Virus record (IMG/VR): IMGVR_UViG_3300016476_000412
Coordinates: 1 to 58,839 of that record
DNA: 58,839 nt
DNA from: a virus
Lineage: Duplodnaviria > Caudoviricetes
Strand: one strand, 5' to 3'
The notes below the pieces were generated by a model. It searched no databases, was not told the DNA's origin, and saw nothing but the letters and a program-made list of their open reading frames with translations. This document shows positions 47,211 through 56,755 of the stretch, in pieces. The number at the start of each line of letters is the position of its first letter. The stretch's first letter is position 1. The position numbers and the translations under genes are program-made.

Positions 47211-47710
47211 CGGGACGCAAGTTCGTCCATGATCTCGATGATCGCCTTGAAGGCGGCAGTAGCACCGGCAGCAGCTTCTCGTATATCGCGCAGTGCCACG
47301 ATATAGTCGTTTGCCTCTTTCGCCTGCGTGAAACGCAGGTGGTTACACGGCAGCCCGACCGGCTCAAGACGCTTTCGGATCACCGCTCCACCACGCAGAT
47401 GCGCACCCATGAAGATGTAGGCCGCGCCGATGATCCGGTCGGGTTCGGTCAGGGTAAGCGCGAACCGGGAAGCTGCGGCGGCGCGGACGCCGCGGACAGG
47501 AAGTAGCAGACCGAGGTCGAGGAGTAGCTCTCCGCGACGGTCAAGGCTGGGTGGGAGGCTGGTGTCGAGCGCAGTGTGGACACAGCGCAGCGAAGCCACC
47601 CAGTCAGCCCATTCCACAGGCGTGACATCCCCACTCGACATCTTGGTGCCGAATGGGTGCTGTTCTGCTGCATGGTGCAATTCCCTTGTGAGTTCGCGCA
47701 GGTCCATCAT
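47207..47710 (-). CDS. Heme oxygenase-like protein
   Basis: LRELTRELHHAAE.HPF (proximal His); AAYIFMGAHLRGGAVIRKRL distal-helix motif. Confidence 0.72.
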   Translation of the reverse strand: MMDLRELTRELHHAAEQHPFGTKMSSGDVTPVEWADWVASLRCVHTALDTSLPPSLDRRGELLLDLGLLLPVRGVRAAAASRFALTLTEPDRIIGAAYIFMGAHLRGGAVIRKRLEPVGLPCNHLRFTQAKEANDYIVALRDIREAAAGATAAFKAIIEIMDELASR

Positions 47711-49371
47711 CACACCGTGCTATAGTTGGAAGTGCGGAGCGTCGACCAGTCGCTGTATTTGCCGTCGGCATCCTTATGGCGTGCGCGCCAATACATCGTG
47801 CCGGAGAACAGCGGGTAGCGGATCAGGACGATCCCGTCGCCGCCCTTGCCTGTGCTGGCCGCAGGCAGGCCGGAGGTATAGGAGACCCCGCCCGAGCCGC
47901 CGCCCGAGCCGTCTGATGCCGCCACCGAGGTGGTCCTATTCCCGGCCGTGCCGCCGCCCAGACCGCCGCTGACGGTGTCATAGCTGCGCGTGCCGCCGCC
48001 ACCGCCGCCACCGAAATACGCAGTTCCGGCGGGCAGGAAGGCCAGTGCTACCCCATCCCCGCCCTTGCCGGGGACAGAACCCGTTGCCGTGGTCCCGGCC
48101 TGTCCGGCCCCGCCACCGCCGCCGCCGTAATAGGGGCCGCCGGAACTGCGATAGCCTGCACCGCCGACATTACCTTGGCCGACGGTGCGGCCGCCTCCCG
48201 ACACGCTGTCCCCCGATGCGCCGCCGCCGGAGCCACCGGAGCCACCGGCGTCACTGGTGCCGCCCCCGCCGCGCCCACCGCCGACAGCAGTCAGCCCGCG
48301 GAACGTAGTGCTACTCCCAGCATTACCAAACGTCTGGGCCTCTGCGGGAGCAAGCCCCGCCCCGCCGACACCGATGGTGATCGGGTAGTTGCCCTGTGCC
48401 AGTGTGATACCCGCGCCGACGTTGTGGATCACGCCGCCTGCGCCGCCCCCACCGCCCGCAACGGAATCCCGACCGCCGGAACCACCACCGCCGATCATGA
48501 TGTATTCGAAGTTGTTCAGCGTACCAGCCGCCGTGAAAGTACCGTCATCGACGAAGACGTGGTAGCGGTAAACCGTACCATCAACTGCCGCGTCGAAGGT
48601 GTTGTTAGCCGTCAGGTCCAGCGCCGGATAGCGGACCATGACGATTCCATCGCCGCCCTTGCTACTGCTGCCAGTCTGCATACCGTTCGTACCGCCGCCG
48701 ATGCCGGTCGTGCCACCGCCGAGACCATCTATGTAGCCCCCGCCGCCTGCATAGGCCACCGGCGTGCCCGTGAACGTGAAATACGCCCCGTCGCCGCCAA
48801 CTTCCCCGCCGCTGGTACCACCACTTGCCCCCGCCGCAGCGTAGCCACCGCCGCCGCCGGGACGGCTCGCTGATGGCAACGTGCTGTTGTAACTTCCGAA
48901 ACCACCCGAGTTGCCTTGCCCCGCCGTCCCGGCCCCGGCCGCGGTACCGCCACTCAGCCCCGAGCCGCCCCCGCCGGAGCCGCCGCTGCGGTTGGTCGTC
49001 GAGGTCGAGCCGCCGCCCGCGCCGCCGCCCTGCGCGGTGATGCCGTTGAAGGTGGAGTTTGTACCCTTGTTGCCGTTGCCATTGACGGAGACCCCAGCCC
49101 CACCGAGGCCGACCACCACGGGGTAGCTGCCCGCCGCCAACGCGACGGGTGCACCGATGTTGTGGGTCAGACCACCCGCACCGCCGCCACCGCCGCCCAC
49201 GGTGGTAGAGGATCGACCACCGGAACCGCCACCGGCGACGAGAAAATACTCAACGTCAGAGCCGCCGGAGGTGACGGTCAGCGTGCCGTCCGACGTGAAG
49301 GTGTGGACCCGCCACAGCTTGCCAGCATCCCAGACGACCGAAACGGTTCCACCAGTCGCGTTGGTCATCAT
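47710..49371 (-). CDS. Glycine-rich tail fibre protein with two Gly-rich domains
   Basis: Two H.F..DGT...EY..(A/G)GGGSGG...GGDGIV..RYP units; FN3-type C-terminal strand pair. Confidence 0.75.
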   Translation of the reverse strand: MMTNATGGTVSVVWDAGKLWRVHTFTSDGTLTVTSGGSDVEYFLVAGGGSGGRSSTTVGGGGGGAGGLTHNIGAPVALAAGSYPVVVGLGGAGVSVNGNGNKGTNSTFNGITAQGGGAGGGSTSTTNRSGGSGGGGSGLSGGTAAGAGTAGQGNSGGFGSYNSTLPSASRPGGGGGYAAAGASGGTSGGEVGGDGAYFTFTGTPVAYAGGGGYIDGLGGGTTGIGGGTNGMQTGSSSKGGDGIVMVRYPALDLTANNTFDAAVDGTVYRYHVFVDDGTFTAAGTLNNFEYIMIGGGGSGGRDSVAGGGGGAGGVIHNVGAGITLAQGNYPITIGVGGAGLAPAEAQTFGNAGSSTTFRGLTAVGGGRGGGGTSDAGGSGGSGGGASGDSVSGGGRTVGQGNVGGAGYRSSGGPYYGGGGGGAGQAGTTATGSVPGKGGDGVALAFLPAGTAYFGGGGGGGTRSYDTVSGGLGGGTAGNRTTSVAASDGSGGGSGGVSYTSGLPAASTGKGGDGIVLIRYPLFSGTMYWRARHKDADGKYSDWSTLRTSNYSTV

Positions 49372-49568
49372 TCACCCTCTTGCGGCGGGGCCACGAAGCC
49401 ACCCTGCTCCGACCATGTCCAGCCAATGGCAGGGTAGGACTCCATGTCCGACACCTGCACCCACAGCCCGGGATAGAGTTCGGGATTGGCGTCCATATAG
49501 TCCTTGGCTACGCGGCGAATGTCGGTGACGACGCCGTCGGTGACTTGCGCATAATAGGGAGTGCTCAT
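49368..49568 (-). CDS. Small tail-fibre assembly-like protein
   Basis: YAQV.DGVV...YPAIGWTW....F.APP. Confidence 0.7.
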   Translation of the reverse strand: MSTPYYAQVTDGVVTDIRRVAKDYMDANPELYPGLWVQVSDMESYPAIGWTWSEQGGFVAPPQEGE

Positions 49569-49570
49569 CT

Positions 49571-51532
49571 CTAAACCTCCGTTATGACAGGCAGTGTTAT
49601 GTTGACACCCGACGTCGTCGCGGCCAACAGCGGCGTATCCCCATTGGTCGGACCGAGCGGGCTGTCATAGAACTGCCATTCGGTATTGGCATAGGCAACA
49701 GCGAAGTTGCTGGAGAAGGCGCTCACCGTGAAGACAGTGCCTTCGGTCGATGCGCCACCCTCGACCGGGGCGACATGCGTCGGGATCACGCTGTAGGGCG
49801 GGAAGGTCTGCACCGCAACCTCGGACCAGTCGGACCAGTCGTTGAAGTTGTCCTTGTAGCGCACGCGCCAATAGACCGTCGCCCCGGGCACATAGCCGCT
49901 GACCTGCGTCGGAACATAGGTGTTGCGCAGCGACCATGTGGTGACCGCGCCCGTGGTGACATCGACCGTCGGGGCGGAGAGAAGCTGCGCCGGGCTGACC
50001 ACGCTGGCTTGGAACTGGGTCGCCACATGGGTCGCGCCACGCACCGACTGGAAAGCGTCGGCCGTTAGTGAGGCCCGCCCCACATCCGTCGTCGGCACGA
50101 CCGGCACCGGCTTCTTAATGAGCGCCGGGTAGACGCGCTGCGACAGGTCGCTCCATGGACCGTAGAAGCCGCCCTGATCGCGGTATCGTGCCCGCCACCA
50201 CGTGATGTCGCCGGAGACCAGCCCGCGCCCTGAGAGCGAGGTGCTGACGCCGGTCAGGGTCTCGATAGTGTTGTCGAAGCGCAGGGTCACCATCGACTCG
50301 TCGACATAGGCTTGGAACTGGATGGCAGCTTGGTTGCGGCCGTAGTTGCTCACGAAGGGTGTGATCTGCAGCAGCAACTGCTCGGCCAGCGTGGTCGGCA
50401 CCACCGGGGTGGGCTTGACCGTCACCGGCGCGAAGGTGTGGCTGGCTGGCGCGGAATAGGCGCTCTCGACCAATGTGGCCCCGTTCAGCGCGCCGTATTT
50501 GACCCGCCAGTAGATGGTCTGCTCCGCCGCATAGGGCGTGTCCGCCAGCAGTGCCTCGGTCAGCGGACCGTTCAGCGTCTTGGTAAACAGACTGCCGTCA
50601 TTGGGTAACAGGATGCTGTTCGGGTGGCACTGGATCGTGGTCTGCAGGTGGGTCAGACCGAAGGCGGAGACATAGGCCGAAGCGCGCAGCTTGGCCGCCT
50701 CCAGCGCCGTCATCGGCGCAAGGATCGTCGGAGTCGAGACGAAGGGTGGGAAGCTGTGCTGGGCGATGTCCGAGTATTGCGACCAGACGAAGGATGAGTC
50801 CTGATACCGCACCCGCCAATAGACCGTGTCCCCCGCAGTGTAGGGCTGGCCGGGGATCGAGGTCAGGTTCAGCGAGGTCAACGGTACGCCGGAGGTATAG
50901 GTCACCCGCCCGGCATCGTCGGGGATCAGCGGGTTGGTGTGGATCAGGTATTCGGTGCGGTAATGCGCCCGGCCATAGATCGACAGGAAGGGGGTGGAGC
51001 GCAGGCTGATGGCCTCGATGTCGCTCGTTGGTGGAATTGCGGCGGGTTTGGCCACCTCACCGGGGAAGGTCTGGGCCAGCGGTGCGGACCAGCGGGAGAC
51101 GGCGTCCTGCTCGCCGAAGTAGCGCACGCGCCAGTAATAGGTCACGCCGGGCAGCAGGTCGCGACCCAAGAGCGACAGCGAGTTGATCGGGTTGCCGGTC
51201 ACGGTGACGTCGAGCAGCACCGATCCTGTGAAGTTGTTCTCCGTATGCAGTTGGAACTGCGCCCCGGTCTGGGCAAGCTGGTAGAGCGAGAGATATTCCG
51301 AGGCCAGCATGGTGGCCGCCTCGAACTCGCTGGTCGGCGGGATGCCCTCGGGGCGCTCGATGAGCGGCGCACGGATGGTGATCCACTCGTTGCCGTCCGA
51401 ATACTGCAGCTCACCGTCGTCGGTGTAGAGCACCGCGCCCTCATAGACCTCCGGGTCCAACGCGACCGGGAAGGTTTGAGGGAAGCCATGCCCGATAAGC
51501 GGGGACCTGCCCCGAACGGTCTTAAAGGACAT
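49571..51532 (-). CDS. Virion protein with tandem FN3/Ig-like repeats
   Basis: Five repeats with (Y/W)WR(V/A)(R/K)Y...S.(W/Y)S plus a truncated sixth. Confidence 0.75.
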   Translation of the reverse strand: MSFKTVRGRSPLIGHGFPQTFPVALDPEVYEGAVLYTDDGELQYSDGNEWITIRAPLIERPEGIPPTSEFEAATMLASEYLSLYQLAQTGAQFQLHTENNFTGSVLLDVTVTGNPINSLSLLGRDLLPGVTYYWRVRYFGEQDAVSRWSAPLAQTFPGEVAKPAAIPPTSDIEAISLRSTPFLSIYGRAHYRTEYLIHTNPLIPDDAGRVTYTSGVPLTSLNLTSIPGQPYTAGDTVYWRVRYQDSSFVWSQYSDIAQHSFPPFVSTPTILAPMTALEAAKLRASAYVSAFGLTHLQTTIQCHPNSILLPNDGSLFTKTLNGPLTEALLADTPYAAEQTIYWRVKYGALNGATLVESAYSAPASHTFAPVTVKPTPVVPTTLAEQLLLQITPFVSNYGRNQAAIQFQAYVDESMVTLRFDNTIETLTGVSTSLSGRGLVSGDITWWRARYRDQGGFYGPWSDLSQRVYPALIKKPVPVVPTTDVGRASLTADAFQSVRGATHVATQFQASVVSPAQLLSAPTVDVTTGAVTTWSLRNTYVPTQVSGYVPGATVYWRVRYKDNFNDWSDWSEVAVQTFPPYSVIPTHVAPVEGGASTEGTVFTVSAFSSNFAVAYANTEWQFYDSPLGPTNGDTPLLAATTSGVNITLPVITEV

Positions 51533-51944
51533 CGTCCTGCTCCGCTTGGCCGACGGTGTACGAGATGGTGATGTCGATGGCGTTGTTGGCCGACGCCTTG
51601 ATCTGCAGCACGTCGTCCGTCATCAGGAACTGACCGTTGAGTGGTAGGGCCAGCGCGTCGTTGGGCGGTACCGGCAGCGCGTTGGCGAGCAGCGCAGTGG
51701 TCCCGCCGTCGCGCACGATGCGTGCACTGATCGACGCCGTGGTGGTGCCAATGTTGGCGCACATCAGTGGCGTGATGATCTCTGCGACCCCGGGCACCAC
51801 CGCATCTCCGCTGCCGAAGTACCCGCTGGACGGGACCTGATACTGCGGCACCGTGATTATCGTGACCCACGACGTCGTCGCCGTGACGGAGACCGCCACT
51901 GGCTTGGCGTCGGGCGCTGCGCTGGTGATGATGGTCTCGGTCAT
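51522..51944 (-). CDS. Small beta-sandwich virion protein
   Basis: 140 aa, TAATG coupling; VPPND.L..L..DD.LQ..AS. Confidence 0.65.
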   Translation of the reverse strand: MTETIITSAAPDAKPVAVSVTATTSWVTIITVPQYQVPSSGYFGSGDAVVPGVAEIITPLMCANIGTTTASISARIVRDGGTTALLANALPVPPNDALALPLNGQFLMTDDVLQIKASANNAIDITISYTVGQAEQDDVL

Positions 51945-53950
51945 TAGAGCACCCTGCTATTTGCCGCCCGGCGGGCGTATCGACGGACTGACATGGTGAA
52001 GGGTCTGCCCTCCAGCCTGCCGGTGATGCCGTTGATGCGCAAGCCCCCGGCGAAGAAGACGTTGTTGAGTTCGTCCGACCCAGACCAGCGCACGCGACCA
52101 CCGTCCTCCTCCAGCACGGAGCCGTTGGCGGACACCGGCCGACCGGTCCGGCGGAAGTTGAGCGGCAAGGCGTTCTTGTTGACCCCCGAACCGGCGAGGT
52201 TGAACTGATGCGATATACTCTCGACGAGGCTGCCGAACCTGATCTTCTGTGGGTCTTCGAGGGTAGTGATGACGATGTCAACCAACGCGGCGAGCATGGC
52301 CTTGCCCTCGGCCGACGTGATGTACGGGTCCATCAGGTCCTGCAGGATTTCGAACGACCGGATGAATGCCCCGAACAGCTGGCTGTCCGTGCCGTTGAAG
52401 GCGTAGTTCCCCTGATAGTCGAAGAAGCCCGCGGCGAAGGCGCGGGTCACGCCCTGCCGCCCGGTCTTGAAGTCGTTGGCAATCGACTGGACGAAGTTCT
52501 GCGCGTCCCGCTTGGTCAGCGCCTCGAAACTGTCCGGCCACGAGGTGGTGTAGCCCTCGGAGACAAGCTGGTCCCACAGGTCGTTGGCGATGGCAGCCTT
52601 GTTGGTCTGCAGCGCCGCGGCGAATGTGTCGTTCTCGATCAGCGGGACCGTGGTCGTGGTCGGCTCAACCACCTCCATGTAGCCCTTGGCGCGCATCGAG
52701 ATGTCGCCGAACTGGGTGCCCGAGTTGTTGAGAGTAATCTGCCCGCCGTTCAGCGCGTAGAAGGCACAGCGCTGGAAGATCGTCATGGAGGAGATGCCGT
52801 TGATGCCTGCGCCGTTCTTGGCGACGTAGCCCAGCCCGTTGGGCGAGCGCGGCGTGGCGGCGAAGGCCAGCATGTAGGGGAAGATCGAGTCCTTATCGAG
52901 CACGGCCCGGTCCGCCAGCAGCACCCCACCACCACGGCCGACATCGGCGTTGGGCGGGTCGGCGAGCGGACTGAGCGGCGGCGCGATGGTCTCGGAATAG
53001 TAGTTCGACACCTGACTGATGTCGCGGATGTAGGGGCTGCGCCGGATCACGGCACCCGGCCGGAAGGCTACAGCGAAACCCTTGGTCGGATTGTCGAAGT
53101 CATCTACCCGCAGGTTGCGGAAGCCGAAGCCTTGGATGTAGCTGCCCGACCCTACGAGGAACATGTTCGTCTCCTCGTACCCCGGCGCGGCGTGCACCTC
53201 GCAGATGTACTGACCCCCGGTGCTGACGACGCCGCAGAGGTCGGGCACCTCAAGCTCGCCGTTCTCGACGTAGACCCCCGGGTAGACCGACACGAGGATC
53301 GGCGTGGTTGGGTAATCGACCCGGAAGTCCCGGGCGATCTGCAGCCCCCTTGAGATGGTGAGTACGGAGGTCTGCATAGATCGCCCGGTCCGCAGATCAT
53401 CTCCGTCCTTCGTCACATAGACCACATTGGCGACAGGCGCGTGCTCCGGGGTGGTGAAATCCGCGACCTGATTCCACTGGTCGTTTGCCCAGAGGTAGAG
53501 ACTGCTGCTGTAGGGCGGACCAACGACGTAGCCCTCCCCATTCTCCGCCGCCGGAGGTAGATCGAACTCCGTGGCGGCGAACCCCTTGATGTCGAGGTAG
53601 ACGTTCAGTCCCGGGTTGCCCCGCAGACCCTGCGGCCCGCGCTCCCCGGTGTTACCCGTGGCGAGGTTGGCCACCGTGATCCGCAACTCGACCAGCGACC
53701 CGGCCGTGAAGTTGCGGGCCGACGTGCCCTCCTGCGCGCGGATGACGGTGAAGGTGTCGTTGTACCGCGCCGTGACCCGGACAATCTCGAACATCCCGTT
53801 GGGATGCACGAGCGTGACGTTGAAGTGGTCGCCCGGGTAGATGACCGGAAACCGCGCACCGGTCCCGGCGTGAACCGTCAGCGTCGTCGCTGTCTGGTTG
53901 ATACCAGCAGCGAGCGTGGTGGCTGCGTTGTTCGCCAGTCGCAGTGTCAT
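51944..53950 (-). CDS. Tailspike / fibre protein with probable beta-helix domain
   Basis: Conserved N-terminus ANNA.TTLA...EIVRVTAR..DT.TV.RAQEGT; short collagen-like GxY run; VYV.KDGDD..G and VYPGVY.E motifs. Confidence 0.7.
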   Translation of the reverse strand: MTLRLANNAATTLAAGINQTATTLTVHAGTGARFPVIYPGDHFNVTLVHPNGMFEIVRVTARYNDTFTVIRAQEGTSARNFTAGSLVELRITVANLATGNTGERGPQGLRGNPGLNVYLDIKGFAATEFDLPPAAENGEGYVVGPPYSSSLYLWANDQWNQVADFTTPEHAPVANVVYVTKDGDDLRTGRSMQTSVLTISRGLQIARDFRVDYPTTPILVSVYPGVYVENGELEVPDLCGVVSTGGQYICEVHAAPGYEETNMFLVGSGSYIQGFGFRNLRVDDFDNPTKGFAVAFRPGAVIRRSPYIRDISQVSNYYSETIAPPLSPLADPPNADVGRGGGVLLADRAVLDKDSIFPYMLAFAATPRSPNGLGYVAKNGAGINGISSMTIFQRCAFYALNGGQITLNNSGTQFGDISMRAKGYMEVVEPTTTTVPLIENDTFAAALQTNKAAIANDLWDQLVSEGYTTSWPDSFEALTKRDAQNFVQSIANDFKTGRQGVTRAFAAGFFDYQGNYAFNGTDSQLFGAFIRSFEILQDLMDPYITSAEGKAMLAALVDIVITTLEDPQKIRFGSLVESISHQFNLAGSGVNKNALPLNFRRTGRPVSANGSVLEEDGGRVRWSGSDELNNVFFAGGLRINGITGRLEGRPFTMSVRRYARRAANSRVL

Positions 53951-53979
53951 GTGCCCTACACCTCAGTCTGTGCGCGTGC

Positions 53980-54008
53980 ATGATACACAGGACGCCGTAT
54001 AGCGGCAA
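53980..54008 (-). promoter_or_regulatory. Sigma70-like promoter for the tail cassette
   Basis: TTGCCG-N17-TATCAT with TG just upstream of -10. Confidence 0.7.
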
Positions 54009-54040
54009 GAGAAACCCCGCCGGGGGAGGACCGGCGGGGT
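54007..54040 (-). terminator. Intrinsic terminator after the large terminase gene
   Basis: ACCCCGCCGG-N7-CCGGCGGGGT followed by TTCTCTT on the - strand. Confidence 0.65.
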
Positions 54041-54094
54041 CAGCCGAGCAGTGCGTGAGTGGTGTTCAACGCGAGGGTAGGTGCGAATTATGTA

Positions 54095-55492
54095 TCACGA
54101 CCACCCTCGTGCGTCAACGCGCTTGATCTCACGACGTTGTTGTACCTGCGCACCAGTATCGAGCGTGCCTATGTGCAGCATCAAGTAGCTGATCGCGTCA
54201 CCGATGTGGCTATGTTTACCCGCGTCACCCGACTTCTCCAGCCCGTCGCCGTTCTTCTTGAACCGATACCCGCCCATCATGGCAGCCTTGAGTCGGGTGC
54301 AGCTGGGGTCCATGAGGAAGGCCGGGTCGCCGTCGACCTGTCGCATGAGGTAGTCGTCCACCGCGGAGATGCGTGCCGTGATGCTGTTGGTCCGTGCGGG
54401 CATGACCCGCAGCCCCTCGGCTTTGATGATGTCGACCGCGCTGCGCTCGTCTGTCTGCGCCCGCTGGATACCGGCCGGGTCGACCACCACGATGACCGGC
54501 GCTCCGGCGAAGCGCTCGAACAGCAGGGGCTTGAGGACCGTCTTGACGAACCGCTTGATCCCCATGTCGTAGCTGACCGCCTCGGCGAGGATAAGCGCCC
54601 GGCCCCGGGGGTCCTGCTGCCCGATCACGGCAGCCGGAGTAAGACCCAAGTCCATACCAACAATGACGGGACGAGTTCCATTGATGATGGGTCGAAGGGT
54701 CGCCCTTGCCATGTGATACTCGGGGCGAAAGTACTTGAACACTGGCGTACCCGCGAGGGAGTGTCCGTACTCACCGTCAATGAACACCCGGATGTACTCA
54801 TCCGAGCGACCTTGGGTGTCATAGTATCCCTCCGGTAGGTTCTCGATGTTCTCCGCATACGGACTCCTTCCCGACGGCTGCTTGAAGACATCCCACCCAT
54901 TCTCGTTGGGGCTGACCCCGTCCTTGGGGTCAATCTTCTCCATCTGGTAATACCACCATGTGTCCATGGTGGGCGGGTTGGTGTCGGCCCACATGCCGTG
55001 CCACGTCGCACCGCCGTCCTTGGCCGAAGGGAATCGGCCGATCCGCTTGGACATGGCGTCGACAATGTCGGGGTGGATGTCCCGGCACTCGTTGAACCAC
55101 GCGAAGGTCAATTCGAGGGAGTTCAGGTTGGCCACGTCGTCCGCGTCGTCGAGCGCGCGGAACATGATCTCGCACTCCACGTCGCCCACCTTGAAGAAGT
55201 AGGTCTTGGTGGTGCGCATGAAGTGCCCGCAGACACCCGGCGGGAACCAGTCGAGGAACGTCTTGATCGTCGTGTCGGACAGCTGGCGCACGGTCTCGCG
55301 GACGACGGCGCAGCGGGTCTTCCTGATACCTTGGGTATTGGGTTTCTGCTGACTGGCCCGGCGCACGATCTCGAAGCAGCACGCCACGCTCTTGCCGGAG
55401 CCGACCGGTCCCATGATGACGCGCATCTTCTTGTCGGAGCGCATGAACTGCTCGACCGTGGGCGAGGCTGTGTAGGCAATATCAAGCGCCAT
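54095..55492 (-). CDS. terL: Terminase large subunit
   Basis: Walker A GPVGSGKS, Walker B-like AWFNE, DTNPP, nuclease GMDLG, DPAG, SHIGDA. Confidence 0.92.
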   Translation of the reverse strand: MALDIAYTASPTVEQFMRSDKKMRVIMGPVGSGKSVACCFEIVRRASQQKPNTQGIRKTRCAVVRETVRQLSDTTIKTFLDWFPPGVCGHFMRTTKTYFFKVGDVECEIMFRALDDADDVANLNSLELTFAWFNECRDIHPDIVDAMSKRIGRFPSAKDGGATWHGMWADTNPPTMDTWWYYQMEKIDPKDGVSPNENGWDVFKQPSGRSPYAENIENLPEGYYDTQGRSDEYIRVFIDGEYGHSLAGTPVFKYFRPEYHMARATLRPIINGTRPVIVGMDLGLTPAAVIGQQDPRGRALILAEAVSYDMGIKRFVKTVLKPLLFERFAGAPVIVVVDPAGIQRAQTDERSAVDIIKAEGLRVMPARTNSITARISAVDDYLMRQVDGDPAFLMDPSCTRLKAAMMGGYRFKKNGDGLEKSGDAGKHSHIGDAISYLMLHIGTLDTGAQVQQRREIKRVDARGWS

Positions 55493-55898
55493 CGGGTACT
55501 CCCCTCGGAGCCATGAGCGGGAAGGACTCCACCATCCGGCGCTTCGCCCACTCGTGCTGCTCGGTCGTCTCGATGTTGCACCATACGTGAACGGAACCCC
55601 CCTCACGCAGCACGACCACCGCGACGACGTCCTCCTGCTGTGCCCGCTTGACCGTCAACGCGCGGACGAAGTCCGGGTCGCCATTTGCCCCGACCTGCCG
55701 GATCGGAGACAGCCGGTCGGCGTCCCAGTCGGGGTCGTTGTCCGTCCGGTGCCACCCGCCGTCCTCAGGCTGGGATTCACGGGGTACCGCGCACAGCGCA
55801 CAGCGTGCAGCGCCCGTATCTTCCAGTTCGAACGACGTGCAACCGCACTCGCAGACCCAGATGTACGTCTTTTTATGCAGTTCGACGACCTCAGTCAT
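55482..55898 (-). CDS. Zn-ribbon protein
   Basis: GAGGTG SD; WVCECGC..F...CALC. Confidence 0.65.
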   Translation of the reverse strand: MTEVVELHKKTYIWVCECGCTSFELEDTGAARCALCAVPRESQPEDGGWHRTDNDPDWDADRLSPIRQVGANGDPDFVRALTVKRAQQEDVVAVVVLREGGSVHVWCNIETTEQHEWAKRRMVESFPLMAPRGVPDGA

Positions 55899-56040
55899 AG
55901 ACAATCACCTCATAGAGCCACTTTCCGGGCTTCGGCCGGGCGTTTTTGGCTGTTTTGTAGGATTTTTTGGCGGATCGGAGGGCGGAAATGAACGCCTGCA
56001 GGTCTAAAAGCGACGTAAAGTGTCGGATTTCAATCTTCAT
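55891..56040 (-). CDS. Small basic protein not in the ORF track (49 aa)
   Basis: MKIEIRHFTSLLDLQAFISALRSAKKSYKTAKNARPKPGKWLYEVIVYD; fills the gap with short overlaps at both ends. Confidence 0.5.
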   Translation of the reverse strand: MKIEIRHFTSLLDLQAFISALRSAKKSYKTAKNARPKPGKWLYEVIVYD

Positions 56041-56506
56041 CGGCGTATTCCGCGTCTTCCACAGGCAGCGCGGGGGGTTTTGCGGTCACATCGAGGGTCT
56101 GTCCCCCCATATTGATGGTGATCGACACCCCACCGGAGGCGTTTTGACCATCTGCGGGGCTGGAAGTGTCCAGTCCGGCCCACTTCACGGTACTTTTGAT
56201 GAGGTCAGCCTTCACCGCGGGGGATACCACGGGGTCGTGGATCAGGGTCCAGCTGGTTTTGAGCAGTTCCTCGGCCTGCGCCCGGGCCTTGACCTTGAAC
56301 GTCAGCCCCTTGGTGCGGACTTCTTCCCTGTAAGCGTCGACCTTCTTGAGGAACGTGCCGTCCTGCTTGAAGATCAGCAGGTCTGAGGCGTCGTACTCGT
56401 GGCGATCAAGCAGTTCATCGACCTTCTCCCCGCTCCCCTCAAGGAGCAGAGCCAGATCGAAGGCAAAACGATCAGTCCAGCGGGATGATGCGGGTGTGGT
56501 GAACAT
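56030..56506 (-). CDS. Putative terminase small subunit
   Basis: First gene of the late arm, upstream of terL; helical, F.VKA..QAEELL, C-terminal ITINMG. Confidence 0.65.
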   Translation of the reverse strand: MFTTPASSRWTDRFAFDLALLLEGSGEKVDELLDRHEYDASDLLIFKQDGTFLKKVDAYREEVRTKGLTFKVKARAQAEELLKTSWTLIHDPVVSPAVKADLIKSTVKWAGLDTSSPADGQNASGGVSITINMGGQTLDVTAKPPALPVEDAEYADED

Positions 56507-56512
56507 GCGTGA

Positions 56513-56542
56513 AAGGTAACGCGCAGGGCGGGGTGACGTCAA
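56513..56542 (-). promoter_or_regulatory. Sigma70-like promoter, probably leaderless transcript
   Basis: TTGACG-N18-TACCTT, 6 nt before ATG 56506, no SD. Confidence 0.55.
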
Positions 56543-56692
56543 GTGTTATATCGCGGTGGTGTTTAAGTGTAAACATTTGGTTTTTTGGGGTCTTGTTATA
56601 TGGGGTTTAGTACAATACCGGGGGGCCGAAAAAGTTCAGTCCAACCCCCCCCTCCCCCCTCCCCCTGCTATAGGGCAGCATTTGCGCTTAAA

Positions 56693-56721
56693 TTGACGGA
56701 TTCGACGCCGTATGCCATAAA
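56693..56721 (+). promoter_or_regulatory. Candidate early promoter
   Basis: TTGACG-N17-CATAAA (weak -10). Confidence 0.4.
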
Positions 56722-56755
56722 GAAAGGGTGATGAGTGACCGGGTTAACAAGTAAA

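Noticed and set aside
55085-55110. Terminase Walker B reading WFNE instead of DE as a sign of inactivation
   Set aside because: All other motifs are intact and I recall NE in this terminase subfamily; not treated as a defect
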